This document shows positions 51,236 through 64,000 of a stretch of DNA of 64,000 bases, one piece after another. The DNA is taken from contig NC_045697.1 of assembly GCF_009834535.1 (NCBI RefSeq), positions 7,690,001-7,754,000 on the forward strand, read 5' to 3'. Below the pieces are notes generated by a model. It worked only from the letters and a program-made list of their open reading frames with translations, did not search any database and was not told the DNA's origin. The position numbers and the translations under genes were made by a program. How positions within the stretch are numbered: position 1 is the stretch's first letter; each line of letters starts with the position of its first letter. The DNA is from Camelus ferus (lineage: Eukaryota).

Positions 51236-52378
51236 GGAAAATTGTATAATATTCACATATTATTATACTTATTGTATTTCTTATTATATGATATGTATAT
51301 TATAGTGGTTTTTGTTTGTTTACGTTCCATAGCTAAGATCTAAAAGTTGAGTTTAAAACTTAAAAAAAGGAAAAGTGTCTTTATTTTATACAGTTCTGTA
51401 ATTGATATTCAAAGTTTGTGATGAAGGGTTTTTGTAGTAACAATGTTATACATTTGGTGTGATTTAAGAACAGAACACATATTGCATGTCCTAGTGACAG
51501 ATTACTTGTGATCACTGCTTAGGTGAAAGGGTCAGGGGGAGGAAGCCAGACGCAGATGGAGAAGTAGATGTTGATTTGTGTAGCATCAAATTCCCTGGAC
51601 AACCCCAGAAACTGCCTTGGAGTAAGTGTATCATATGCAGCTTCAAAGGCACCAGGCCCCAGTCAAATCTCTCACCAACAGAACTAAATCTGGCAAAGAA
51701 GAGCCTGATTGAGTCCTCGTTAATACTGACAAAACATACTCATGAGCATTCTTGAGCCACTCTTTGTGTTTGCTGTGAACGGAGATGGGCTGAGGGTGAA
51801 GATGATGTAGGCATATGTACTTGACAGCTAGCCCGATCAGGGCTGTAAGTGGTGGAGACCTCATTTGTACCCCTAACCTAGCACAACGTGCAAATACATC
51901 ACATGTATCACCCGTACACGCATGCGTACACTCACATCACATATGCATACACAGGCGTACACACTTTACAGATTCTAGCATCGGGTACCTGGGTAGGGAA
52001 AATTAAGAAGCAAGAGCTCTTTTCAAATCAAACTGGGTCTGTTTGTTTTCTGGGTGTAGCAGCCACTGTTGGGGCCCTGTTTGTAGTGGTTCTGTCTTCG
52101 CTATGCTCGTATCCCTTCCATCTCCCAGGATCTGCATGCATTTCTGAGGCCTCCTTGTTTCCCCTTCATTTGCAAGAAGTCACTCTGTATCTAAATGAAT
52201 GTTTGGTGGAATTGATGAGCCATGGGATCAGCCAAATCGTCTTATGGGTTGATGTGCAGACACTCCAGGTTCTTAGTCCCTTGGGAGGAGATAAATCTTA
52301 GCTAAAACCAATTCTGAAGTTTCCCAGCAAAATCATGCTTTAGTTGCCCATTGTGAAAGCTGAATTAATGATGCACCC

Positions 52379-52777
52379 TCTGTTGGTCAGTTCAGGCTGC
52401 CAGAACTGATGAGGTGGCTTAAATGGCTGACATTTATTTTCTTACACTTTTGAAGGCAAGAATTCCAAGATCAAGGTGCCGGGAGATCTGGTTTCTGATG
52501 AGAGCTCTCTTCCTGGCTTGCAGATGGCCACCTTCCCCTCTGGGTCCTCAAATGGTCTTCCCTCTGTGCTTTCACAGAGAGAGAAAGAGAGACAGAGGGA
52601 GAGATCTGGTGTCTTTTTCTTTTCTTATAGGGACGCCAGTCTTACCAGATCAGGGCCTCATCCTTAACCTTGTTTAACCTTAGTAATAGCCTTAAATGCT
52701 CTATCTCCAAATACAGTCACGTTGGGGTTGGGGGTCTGACCTGCGAATTTGGGGGATATTCAAATCAGTCCAAAATT
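52379..52777 (-). mobile_element. MaLR solo LTR (MLT1A1/MLT1B-like)
   Basis: TCCAAGATCAAGGTGCC...CCTGGCTTGCAGATGGCCACCTTC...CTATCTCCAAATACAGTCAC. Confidence 0.85.
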
Positions 52778-53934
52778 CACTCCATAATAACTGTCTTTCC
52801 TTCCCTGTTTCCTTCCTAACCATCAAGCTTTTCCCGCAAAAATAAGTCAAAACACAAAACTACTTTTACTAAAAACATTATCTATAGATATTCATGGAAA
52901 AACTAAGACATCGGCCATAAATGATTAAAAGTGTGTATAGTAGGGGTGAGGGTCTGGTCATAGGAAAAAATGTAAGAATGCTAACCTTATATATGACTTA
53001 CTGGACACAAGATTTCTTGTTTAAATTTGTCTAATTTTCTATCGGAAGGCATCTGTATCTATTTTTCTATCTATCATCTTTCTGTCTTTACAGGGTTACT
53101 TTTGCAAACATCAAAGCCACACAGAATTCTCCAAGACAGTTCCCTTCAAAAAGATTCTTTGTAAATAAATTATAGGCAGAAGGCTGAAGTTTCCAACTGT
53201 TATTAAGACTCCATTCAGAGCAAAATTTGATTTTTTTTTCTGTTTTGATAGCAGAACCCAGCAGGGTTCCAAGGCACTGGTTTTTGCAGGGCCAAATCAT
53301 TATTCAGGAGTCAGATTTATTTCGAAGGCACACCAAGAATTCTCAGCTTGGAGCGGTGGCCTACCTCACTCCAATTAAGGGAAGTGAGAAGCACTCATTT
53401 CCCTCATGGCCATGCAGAGATGGAGTTACCCAGGAGTGGAGGAGAGAGATGGAGGTCCAATGTGCAGTTGATGAAATTCTGAGGAAACATTCTTCATGAA
53501 TCTTATATATGAAGCTGAAAAGTGACATGACTAATTAGGGCCTTGTGACTGGAAATGAAAGGAAATGTAGAGTTTATATGAATCTTTTCGAGACACCCTG
53601 AGGCCATGAGCTGCCTCGGTTTTCTTGGTGAACTTTGTTGGGGAATCTGTGGGCTAAGGCTCTGAAGGCAAAGATTTAAGGCATAGATCACCTGCTAATT
53701 AGTGGCAGGACTCAAAGTCATACTGTCTTCCTGGGCCTTAATTTCCTAGTATGTAATTGAAACCATATTTTCGAGCAACTGGAAGAGATCGCACATGAGG
53801 GTACTAAGGAGGCCATAAAGAACAGTGCACTTGAACTCTTTCAATGGCGGCTGCAAGGGATGACGTGATGCAATTGCTAACGATGGCATCCAGAAGTAGT
53901 ACTATTTAATGTTTGAAAACTGGTCTTCTCTGAG

Positions 53935-54245
53935 AAAGACACGTCATCTCTGTGGTATCATTCCCGAGAATGCATGTCCTCAATTTAGTTGTGAGAAAAG
54001 TTTGGGCAAACTCATATTGAAGTTTCTTCTATAAAATTACTGACCAGTACTCTTCAAATCAGTTCTAGGTCATGGAAGGCAGGAAAGACTGGGAAACTGG
54101 CACAGATAGAGGAAGCCGGGACCACACGGTAACTCGACGTTATTAGGATCCTAGATTCTAATCTGGAATTCTAATTTATGGAATAGAAGTAAAAAGGGCA
54201 TTGATGGATAAACTGGTGACATCAGAATAAAGTTTGTATTTTAGT
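53935..54245 (+). mobile_element. L1MC-type 3'UTR fragment
   Basis: ACTGACCAGTACTCTTCAAA...GAAAGACTGGGAAACTG...AACTGGTGACATCAGAATAAAG. Confidence 0.7.
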
Positions 54246-55758
54246 TTTTTTTTTTTTAAAAATCAATACTGGCACAAAAATAAACATAAACAGTTTTGAC
54301 CATCAAAAAGGATCAAGCAGTCAATCTAGTGCTGTGTCTATAGGATTAGGAGCAAGAAAATAATTTATCCCTGCATATCAAGGGGTGACTCACATCAGTA
54401 ATTTTAACAGGTGATGCATATTGCCTCTTAAACAGATCCTAGATGAATAAGCACACCAATCAAGGGAATCATTCACTTGGGTATTCTTCGTTGGTTATCC
54501 TGGAGCACATCCATGTGGACATGATATTATCATCATCCTCACCCTCAATACCATCAGAATTCTAAAATTCCAAAAATTGAAGGTGCCATATGAAAATCCA
54601 TTCTTCCTCTCTGGTCCTCAGTTCCCCCTTTTGTAAAACTGAGTTTTATTCAAAGTTGTCTCAATGTCATTTCTAACATTTCAAAATTATTTACCATTAA
54701 AGAATGATAGGCACTGCCCAGCGTGGGTGCAGAATGTGTTAACGTGAGCTGCTGCTTTAAAGCATCCATAAAACATGTCGTGTGGAAGAGAGAAAAAAAG
54801 GGGCAGCAAGAGATGGATCATCTGGGAAATATCGATGATCCCTTTGAAAAGTCTTCATTTCAGTTGGAATGTCCTGTTTCAACCTATGATGAATCTAATC
54901 TCTGAAATTCTATGTTCCAAGTGTTCTGCGTTAAGATGGTCCTATTCAAGACTGTGACACAGGATGAAAACCTCAACTGGTGTATTCTTTTGCAGGAATA
55001 CAAATCAGGGGAAAGAAAGGGAAAATAAGAATGACCAAGTAAAGACAACTGCCCCACTGTTTTGATTTTTTTAAAGAAAATAGTGAGTTTACATAAAAAA
55101 AATTATTTTTAGTACTCTTTATATTCTCCATAACCCATCGCTGCCTTTTCACTGAATGTCTAACACTGAGGATGGGAAAAGTTTGAATTAATGTATCAGG
55201 GCCCGCTTTTAAAGCAGTTATGTTTCAGTTCTATATTAGGAGCACAGCTGCCTTTTTTCTTATGGAAATGAGATTTTCATGTCATAAGAAAGTTCTGGCA
55301 ACTTTAAAGGAGAAAATATAGAGTATTTATAAGTGAAGGGTGCTTTTAGAATAGCAATACTTTTATTAGAGAAGAACATGCTTTTCAGATAACTAATCCA
55401 GAAATAAACATTCTGATTTTCAGATCACAGAGATGTGTCTCAACATGTTGGCTACAGTCATTGTGAGAAATTACAGCTTCCCTCTGTTTACTGTTTAGGC
55501 TTGAATCATGTAAACATGATCATAAATCACTTAATTTGTGTTTGCACATGGGCTAGGCATGATTTTGCATATTCATTTTATGCATGCTACGATAAACTTA
55601 TTTTTGCTGAATAGGTGTTTATCAAGATCATTCTGTTCAACTGAAAAAAATATTTTTTGTAAAGATGAAAACTTGTCATTTAACATTGTAAAAGCCAGGA
55701 GAACTGCAAAGGGATAAAAGTAAACCAGCCAAATACTGATCGAAAGAAAGGAAGGATT

Positions 55759-55945
55759 GGGGAAGGTATAGCTCAAGTGGTAGAGCACTGTGTTTTGCAT
55801 GCACGAGGTTCTGGGTTCAATTCCCAGTGCCTCCTCTAAAAATAAATAAATAAACCTAACTACTTCTCCCCTAAAAAAACAAACAAACAAACAAAAGACT
55901 CCATGAAATTAAAAAACATATTAAAAATAAGTAATAAATTAAATA
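55759..55945 (+). mobile_element. Camelid tRNA-Ala-derived SINE (Vic-1 type)
   Basis: GGGGAAGGTATAGCTCAAGTGGTAGAGC...GGTTCAATTCCCAGTGCCTCC...AAATAAATAAACCTAAC plus an A-rich tail. Confidence 0.9.
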
Positions 55946-58113
55946 AGGAAAGTAGAGGAAACAGGAGAAGTGGGAAAAGAGAAAGTTACCCTGAGAATTC
56001 CCAGAGTACATGAGATGCCATGATTGGTACCCATTCTGGGTTTTTTGGTTTTTTTCCTTCATATATTGTTACTGATTGAAGTTTGGTTGGGTAGACTAGG
56101 GGAAACATACATTTAAACCAGTGGACCTTGTTTTGCATCATATTATGTTGTTAATTTTACACTTTGAGAATAATCAGAAGGTAAGTCGTTTTGATGTTCA
56201 CGCGTCCCCCAAGAAACCTGAACTTTTTGTGGTACAAGTTCTGAATTTTTGTGGTGTGAGGTCTGACCCAGGCTGGATAGAACTTAATGGTGTCTTCAAA
56301 TTGTAGGCATGTGTGTTGGTTTAGAGTGAGCACGCTGAAGGAGCCAGCAACTTGCGAAACGGTGACATTCCTTTACTCAGCAAAGAAGGATTGGCCATCT
56401 GTTCTGTTCAAGTCGCTGCCCTATGTGGGACTAGCAATGTGTACAACAGCCTCTGCTCTCATAAAGGGCCCATTCTGACTGGTGGGAGATGGGCAATAAA
56501 GACACTGATGAATGCACACATCATTTTATAAAGACTATGAAGAAAAATCAAACAGGGCAAGGTAAATCACCAAGGTAAGCGAATGCCCCATTTACCGAAT
56601 GCTTACACTATAAAATCATATCATAGACTTTCCCTCCTAATGCCAATTGTCACAAAAATTAATATCATTTCCATTTTACAGAAGATGAAAGTAGAGATGC
56701 ATAAATGTAACTTCAAAGTTCCACGGTACCGAAATGCAGACTGGGATTCATACTGGCATCCTGGCCAGAGCCTTTTTCCACATCAGACAGTCCCACTGAC
56801 CTCACAAGTACCAGGAATAATTTTTCTTCATTGAAAACAATTCTCTGATTCTCTCTGAGCCTCATTTGGTTTTCAATGGCAGTCGGCATTCCAGCAGATA
56901 CTTTCCAGGAAGCCCAGAATTGTTTTTAAAAACATATTCATAAATCAGGACTTGTGTACAAGACAAATAGCACATGTCCAGCATGGTTAATCTGTGCTGC
57001 ATTCAGAACATATTTAGAAAGTCTCTACTCCAATACCAGGCACTGCTCCAGAAAACTGAGGTGCCGCCATGTACAAATTAAATGTTGTCACTGTCCTTAT
57101 GACATATAATAGAAGTAGTTAACCACAAGGTGACAGGCAGGAAAAAATATTCTGATACAAGCCCTGATAGTGGGATGTTATGAAGAAGAGGAGAGGTGTC
57201 CCTAACCTGAATTTAGGGATCGAGATCATAGGCGCTAAAGTTGATTTAATCCATTTGTGTTGAAAACATTGAGGTACTTTCATATTTCTTGTTCAATCAC
57301 TATTGATTAGCCTACCTGAAACGTTCAAGTCAGTCTTCTAAAGGCACAAGATCATTTAAAGAACGCTGCATCAAGTCCAACAACTCTTAACTGGCACTTT
57401 CTGGCTGTGTCCTTGAGTAAATAATGTATTTTCTCTAAACCACAGAATTTTCATCTGTTTGATGAGGCTTGTAATATACACTCATACTTCTTTTTAGCAT
57501 TGTTGGAGGATGTAATGGGATAATGGATCTGAAAGGACTTAGTAAGTCATGATGTTTATATATAATTATAATTCACTCTAAAGACTGTCAAGTACCTACC
57601 ACTTGATCAATTTAACATACCTCTGAATGAAGAGGAGACTCAGATGTAAGTCATTACACAATTTATACCAAATACATGGTGTTGAGAGGGAATGCAACTT
57701 GAGAGACATTATTCTTAGAAGAGCCACTCAATGGATGGATCCAGTCAGGCTGGCGTCCAGTAGAGGACAAACAGATGGCGCTGAGCTGAGAACTGCTAGT
57801 AAAAATTTCTGAGGACAAACTGGTTTGGTCTGTATCATGTGCTTTTGTGTGTGTGTAACTTTCCAAGTCTTTTCCACTTTCCTCAGGGTGGTTTCAACAG
57901 CTTCATTAATGACAAGGTCATAGATTATTGGACATGCAGGCTTTTACCTTTTCCCATTTCTATGTAATATTTATTAAACTTCCAGACTTACCTTCTTCTG
58001 AGGAATGGATGCTGAATCATGGTGAAAAATATACAATGAATGGTTAATATAAATATTGTAGAAGCAGCAATCATACAACTTAATATTTATTACATACTTG
58101 CTGTATGCCATGC

Positions 58114-58473
58114 TATTTCAGCCAGCTCAGGCTACGTAACAAAATACCACAGGCTGGGTGGCTTGAACAATAGAAATGCATTTATCACAGTTCTGGAGGC
58201 TAGAGGTCCAAGATCAAGGTGCTGGCAGGTGGTGTGTTCACTGAGTGCCTACGTCCTGATTCATAGACGGCCATCTTTTCCTGGGTGTCTTCACCTGCTG
58301 GAAAGGGGTGAAAACTCTCTGAGGTCTCTTTTCTAAAAGCACAAATGCCATTCATGAGGGCTCCATCTTCAACATGTAACCGCCTCCCAAAGGCCCCACC
58401 TTCTAATACCATCCCATCGTGGGTAAGGATTTCCACACAGGAATTTAGGGACACAAACATTCAGACCATCACA
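58114..58473 (-). mobile_element. MaLR solo LTR, MLT1A/MLT1A0-like, full length
   Basis: Minus strand starts TGTGATGGTCTGAATGTTTGTGTCCC; flanks CATGC / CACAC fit CpG decay of a CACGC 5-bp TSD. Confidence 0.88.
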
Positions 58474-58479
58474 CACACA

Positions 58480-58935
58480 CTCGGTTGGTTTAGTTTAGGT
58501 TACCTTACATGCGGACCGGGAGACAAGGTTTAGGGCACAAGAGGTTTAACTGGGAGATGATTCTAGAAAATGTATGTATGGGAATGGAAGTATGTGACGG
58601 GAACAAAAAATAAAGTACGAAAGCTTTGTTGCCAGCAAAGCACAACTGTGGGCCTAATATCCCTGGGGAAGCTGGAAGAAGAAAAAAACATGAACGTTAG
58701 AGGCATTCTACCCAAGGGAATTTTGGGGAACTTAAATGCCAGCTCCCAGCAGTCATAGTTGAGTCCTGCAGTCGAGGAAGGGAACGTGCAGTCTGTCCAT
58801 TTACAGGCAGAAACCTCAGTGTCCAGTTAGCTCATCACGTAATGAACAGCAGGTGTTGGTAGCTGGAAGTTAGACAATAATTCCCCAAAGTGGAAATGGA
58901 TGTGGATTCATCACTGACAGCGACCGCACTTACAC
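58480..58935 (-). mobile_element. LTR16-type ERVL LTR
   Basis: GAGACAAGG...GTTTAACTGGGAGATGATTCTAG; collinear with the copy at 34575-35037. Confidence 0.6.
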
Positions 58936-59904
58936 TGCCTGTGCATTTTCATACCTGCACGCGGTCAGCATTAGCATCACACTTACTTTAGGAATGAGGA
59001 AGCTAAGGTTTAGTTCATTTGCTCAGAGGCACACAGGTAGTAAGCAAAGATGCTGACTTCCAAACTCTGAATACTGTCCCACCTCAGTGCTCCAATTCCT
59101 GACTTTTCACTACATTGCTGACTTGGAGGCTAGGGAGCTGGGAAAGTTGGCCATCTCTGGGGAATGCCGTTGGGCTAACTGGAAGAAGCTGTGAATCGCA
59201 ATATTTTCATAGCTTTTAATAGATTATAAAGTGGTGATAGAAACAAATAGTTCCCTAAAGTAAAATCTGCTTCTCTGTCTCTCTAATGTCCTTAATACCT
59301 ATCACAGTGTGCAGATACCACAGTCATGTTTTCGTGTATCCATGTGGGGGGACGTTGAAGTACATTATGCTCCTAATGCATACAAACTTTGGAAAACTTT
59401 TATGCTTAGAACTTGACTTAAGACACCCCATCACCTATTTCTAATGCTAGTGAACTTTGTGAGTTCAGTAAATTTTCTTTATCTTCGACAAGATGAGTTG
59501 GAAGTGGATTTCAGAGAATCCATGGCTTTTAAGGAGAAGGAAGAATTCAAATAGTGATAGAATATAGAGCTAAAAAAAGATGTAGAGAAAAATTTTAGGT
59601 AATAAAATTTGATAGGAAGGTATTTGTGGGAGCAGGACTCTGCAAAGATATGAGCAAAACAGTTTTAGAGAATGGAATTTATGAGAGAGGTGGGATTTAA
59701 GGTCAAAATGTGATATTGAGGCCGGATTGTGGGGCCGTTTGAATGCCAGGCTTAGAAGTTTGAATTTTACTTCATCCTTTAAGACCTAGAGAAGACCTTT
59801 GCTTCCATAAATAAAAAGACAACATTTTCTTCCCAGCAGTCAGCATAGCAGAATTATGGGCTCTGTTGTGTTAGCCCTGACACTGTCCTTTTGGCTTGTT
59901 TGTT

Positions 59905-60660
59905 TTTCTTTATTTTATAAAATAACCCAGTTTATTGTAAACAAATACAAAATAACCAAATCAGAAAGTAAAAGCCGTACATAAATCCACTCCACAAATA
60001 GTCAGTTTAATACACCTTCCAGATAAATACACAAATATGCGTATCACACACACATAGACGCAGTCTTAATAAAAAAGCCACTTCTTTGTAATTCTCCATT
60101 TCTATACTTGCCATTATAGGAATATATTTATGTACAAAGTTATCAACTTAACTCAAAATATTTATGAGTTATATACACATTGGTGAAAAAAACTTTAAAA
60201 CTACTAAAAATTCATAATCTGACTGAGGTCAGAAATATAATATTCACATTCATGATAGAAACTAATGTTTTCCAAAAACTCTTCCTACCCCACCCACATA
60301 GATAAATCCTTGTTGAAAAATTGATATACATCTTTCCTCTTTTTTAAAAAAATTAAATTATATAACATATAAAAATGATGTTATATAAAATATAATATCT
60401 GTTAAAACACATGTATGTGTGTGTGTGGACACACTTTTAGATGCACACACACATATGTATTTTAATGAAATTGTCATTTCTACTCACAGGACTGAAGCTT
60501 GCATTTTTTTCACTTAACTTATCATGGAAAATGTGCACCTAGTTCTTTTTAATAGATTAAGAGCATGGATGCATTTAGCCATTCTTCTTATTGTTGAAAA
60601 TGAAAGTTTTTTCTTTACTATGACTTTGAGCCATGTTTACTTTATGAATTTACAACACAT
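59905..60660 (-). mobile_element. Old L1ME-type 3' fragments
   Basis: GCTTGCATTTTTTTCACTTAAC and ATTTAGCCATTCTTCTTATTG resemble a reverse L1ME 3' region. Confidence 0.5.
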
Positions 60661-61249
60661 TTTGGCTATGAATGCAATCTGAATACACTTCTACTTTTTT
60701 GCCTAAAACTCTAGTCCAAAGATTGTCTCCAATGCTGGATGTTCTGGAGGTCATTCCCACGAACCAAATCTTCAAACAAGTTCTTACTTCAATAGTTAGA
60801 TGAGCTATCACATCCACCAATCTCATTAAAAAAAAAATTACATATGTTGAATGTGCCAGAAACTGCATGTTAAGGATTCAGACATGTTTAAGATCTAATC
60901 TTTACTCTCAAGCAACAGTAAGTTCAGAAATTAATGAACTACACTGCGAAGTTTCAAATGGTTTTTTGAAGACTTAATTTTGTCCCTGATGCAACCTAGA
61001 CTCATTTGTCCCTATGATTCAGATACACTTCAGATTGTCAGAGGACTGCTGGTGTGTATGCACATAATATATGCTCTTTATGATTGACAGTCTCAGGAGT
61101 TTGTTCGCTTGTTTCTTTTTTATGAAAAAATGGCCCTAAAACATAGATCTGCAAGGAACATAGTGAGTGGCCTGAGGTACACCAGTAGAAGTCTGATGGT
61201 AGAGTAACTCTAAGGACAGGAAAAACGGCACCCGCGTACTACTGAGGTC

Positions 61250-61480
61250 AAAACTCTGATGTTACAAAGCTCTTGCTTAATATCCCAACTCCACTACTTG
61301 TCAGCTGTGGAATTTTGACAAGGTATTTGACCTCCCTGTGCCTCAGTTTCTCCATTTTTAAATGTATGATTTTAAGGTTACACGCCCCATGGAATTGTAA
61401 GGATTAAATGAGAAATTGCATGTCATGTTCCAATCACAGTGCTCCACCAAAACGAAGACTAAATACATAAATGTGTTCAA
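61250..61480 (+). mobile_element. MIR SINE
   Basis: CCTCCCTGTGCCTCAGTTTCTCCAT...GTAAGGATTAAATGAG. Confidence 0.8.
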
Positions 61481-61686
61481 TACATTCAATCAATAAGGGC
61501 AGTAAAATTTTGCAGCTATTTTATATGGGTATTTATTTTATTCATATTGTCTTATGGGATCATTCCTGATTTTTAACTCAAATGGGACATAAAAAGGCAA
61601 GTAAAAGTGAAAGAGGTGAATTGCAATCATCTCCAGGGACCTTGAGAGTCAGACAGAATCTGTAGTGGTTGACATAGTTGACAACG

Positions 61687-62224
61687 TGTCAGGAGCCCCC
61701 AAGAACCTCTCCAGATTCAGTGATTTGCTAGGGGAACTCACAGGAATCAGCGTATGGTTATACTCATGACTAGTTTATCAAAGCAAAAGGGTAAAAATCT
61801 AATTTAGCAAAGGGAAAGGGGACATGGAACAAAGTCCAGGGGAAGCCAGGTGCAAGCTTCCAAGAGTCTTCCTGTGGTGGCGTCGCACCAGACACATAAT
61901 GGCTCAAGCCACGAGTTATGACCGCACATATGAGATGCTGTCGACCAGGGAAGCTCATTGCAGACTCATCACCAGGGTTATTAGTGACTGGTCGTGCAGT
62001 CACCCTCTGCTTCACGGTGTATCAAAATTCTAGAACCCCAAAGGGAAAGCAGGTATGTAGAATAAATCATAAGACTTATACAAACATTTTAGGCAAGATG
62101 AGCTACATTTACCAGTTCTGAGGATGGTAAGAAATCTAAATTCCCAGGTGCCAGTCAACCAACCCTGCAAGGAAGCCTTTCTAAAGACAGGAGCCTTGCA
62201 CATGCTGAGTTAACTCTGCTGCAT
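61687..62224 (-). mobile_element. MER21-type ERV LTR
   Basis: TGTCAGGAGCCCCCAAGA...GATTTGCTAG...CCAGGTGCAAGCTTCCAAGAGTC...CCAGGGAAGCTCA. Confidence 0.8.
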
Positions 62225-64000
62225 AGCAATGAAAAATAAAATATTGACACAAGCATATATAACAACAAAGCCACACTGAAGGTAGAAATGTTAGCAACAG
62301 GAGTAGTATTATGACCCTTAATATCTATGTTTATACTAAATTATCTCCCCAAACTTATTTTATTGAACTGCCAGGAAGTAACCTCCACTTTGGAGAATTA
62401 GGACCCAGGCCAGACATTAGCGCTCTCAGACCTGAGCAGTTTGAAATCCCATAAGAACAGGTTCTCCATGCATCTTGGTGGTTGCAGGAACATCTTTCTT
62501 TTCTTTTTTTTTTTTTTTTCTCTTTTTGGCCTCCAGGACTGACAATTTCTGCCTAGGAATCATCAATAGAGCTGGCAAGTGGCACTTTTGATAGGTATTT
62601 ACTTTGACAAAGTCACAGTTGAACAGAATAGGGAAGAATAAAAATTATGGACAGGCAAGAATCCTTGGGGATAAACATGAACTAACTCTTGGATACTCTA
62701 AGGTCAGATGAGAGACACTAGGAGGACTGGAGTTCCTGCAGAACTGGTGAAACTCATTTCTGTGTATTCCCTTTTCCCTAGCTTTGTGCATAATTCAACA
62801 AAGTTATATTGAGCATGTGTGTCAGGGAAACGGATGTTGAAAATAAAACAGTGAATCAGGGAAGCAGAACTCCCTGTCTTCGTGGAGTTTACGTTCTGGT
62901 AAATACAGAGCTTAGACTTATCCTGAATTTGCTAAATAGATCTTTTATGCCTTCATTCAAATCGTATTAAATTCTCAAGAGAACAAAGCCAAGGATGATG
63001 TCTGAATTTTTCCCCTAAAACACTCTTGTTTATTTATGATTAAAGGATTGTCAAATCACCTTCAAATAAAATAAAAATAATACCCGGCTTTCACTTCACT
63101 ATGTTAGCTCTGTGATAAAATATTTACTTACTCTATCCAAACAGGGCACTGGAGTTTGGCAAGACTTGCCCTTCAATGGTCCATTCAGTCCTGCAGTGAT
63201 CATTAATTCCACTCAATCGGCATCCATTCAGTTATTGGATATTTCTCAAGTACCTAATTAGAGGCATCGCATATGCTAAGCATTTAAATACAACATCTAT
63301 TTAATTGCCTTCTTTAGATGGTGCAAAAAACCTGTAATATCTAATATGAATTATGTTCTTCCCTTTAACAATTGGGGACAGTTTCTCACCTTTATAGCTC
63401 CTGGCTCTTCTCTCTTCCTTTAGGATTCTCAATGTGCAATGACAGTTGCTCAGATATCACATTGGCAGGTTCCTTCAGCATCCAGAGATGTGATTCCTGA
63501 CAGCTGTATATATTAATGGGTAAGCGCAGATTTCCCGTAACAGTGGCATTCAGAACCATCACGTTCAATGACACTCCCTATCACTGGGTGCCAAAGAATC
63601 CAATCAGCAATATCTCCATGATAGCTTTGATTCATCCCAGAGTGATTTTGAATTACTTATGATGGGTTCTCTTAAATCTCTAATTCACCGTCATGGCCAT
63701 GTAGTTTGTTTTGACATAATATTTGTTGCTGGGGAGGGAGGACCTGGCAAGAAAAGTGTAATTCACACGTGACAAGTTGAAATAGGTTGTCAACAGGTTT
63801 TTACAAAGGTGCTGTCAAGCATAATTGGAAGCAATGTGGAAGAGCTGCTGATTCCTGGGAACTGACATCTGTAAAGAGGCTACTTGTCAATCTCAAGCCA
63901 TGTGTCTCTGCTAGAGAAAGAAAGGACACATTTTCCTATAAGGAAAAAAAAAAGCTTTTAAGGGAGCGGGAGAGGGCCTGGGAAGTCATAGCTATTTTGA

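Noticed and set aside
51490..51830. Possible very old ERVL-type LTR
   Set aside because: Resemblance too weak to name or delimit by eye

Overview
AT-rich, CpG-poor mammalian genomic DNA, intergenic or deep intronic. The lineage is very probably camelid (camel, alpaca or llama): four tRNA-Ala-derived Vic-1-type SINEs and young L1 3' ends match camelid families as I recall them. I recognise no protein-coding gene, tRNA/rRNA gene or CpG island. The listed ORFs are chance ORFs or decayed L1 ORF2 fragments. A large part of the window is transposon fossils: L1, L2, MIR, MaLR/ERV solo LTRs and hAT MITEs. Main points of interest: (1) a decayed minus-strand frame at ~45.1-46.0 kb with collinear piggyBac-transposase-like motifs; (2) a three-layer nested L1 site at ~47 kb with a twin-primed L1 and a probable 3' transduction; (3) a young twin-primed L1 with perfect 14-bp TSDs; (4) a tail-less L1 bracketed by ~50-bp direct repeats; (5) candidate minus-strand lncRNA exons; (6) a compact YY1/UPRE/CARE motif cluster. 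Repeat family names come from remembered consensus sequences, not a database search, and boundaries of old elements are approximate.
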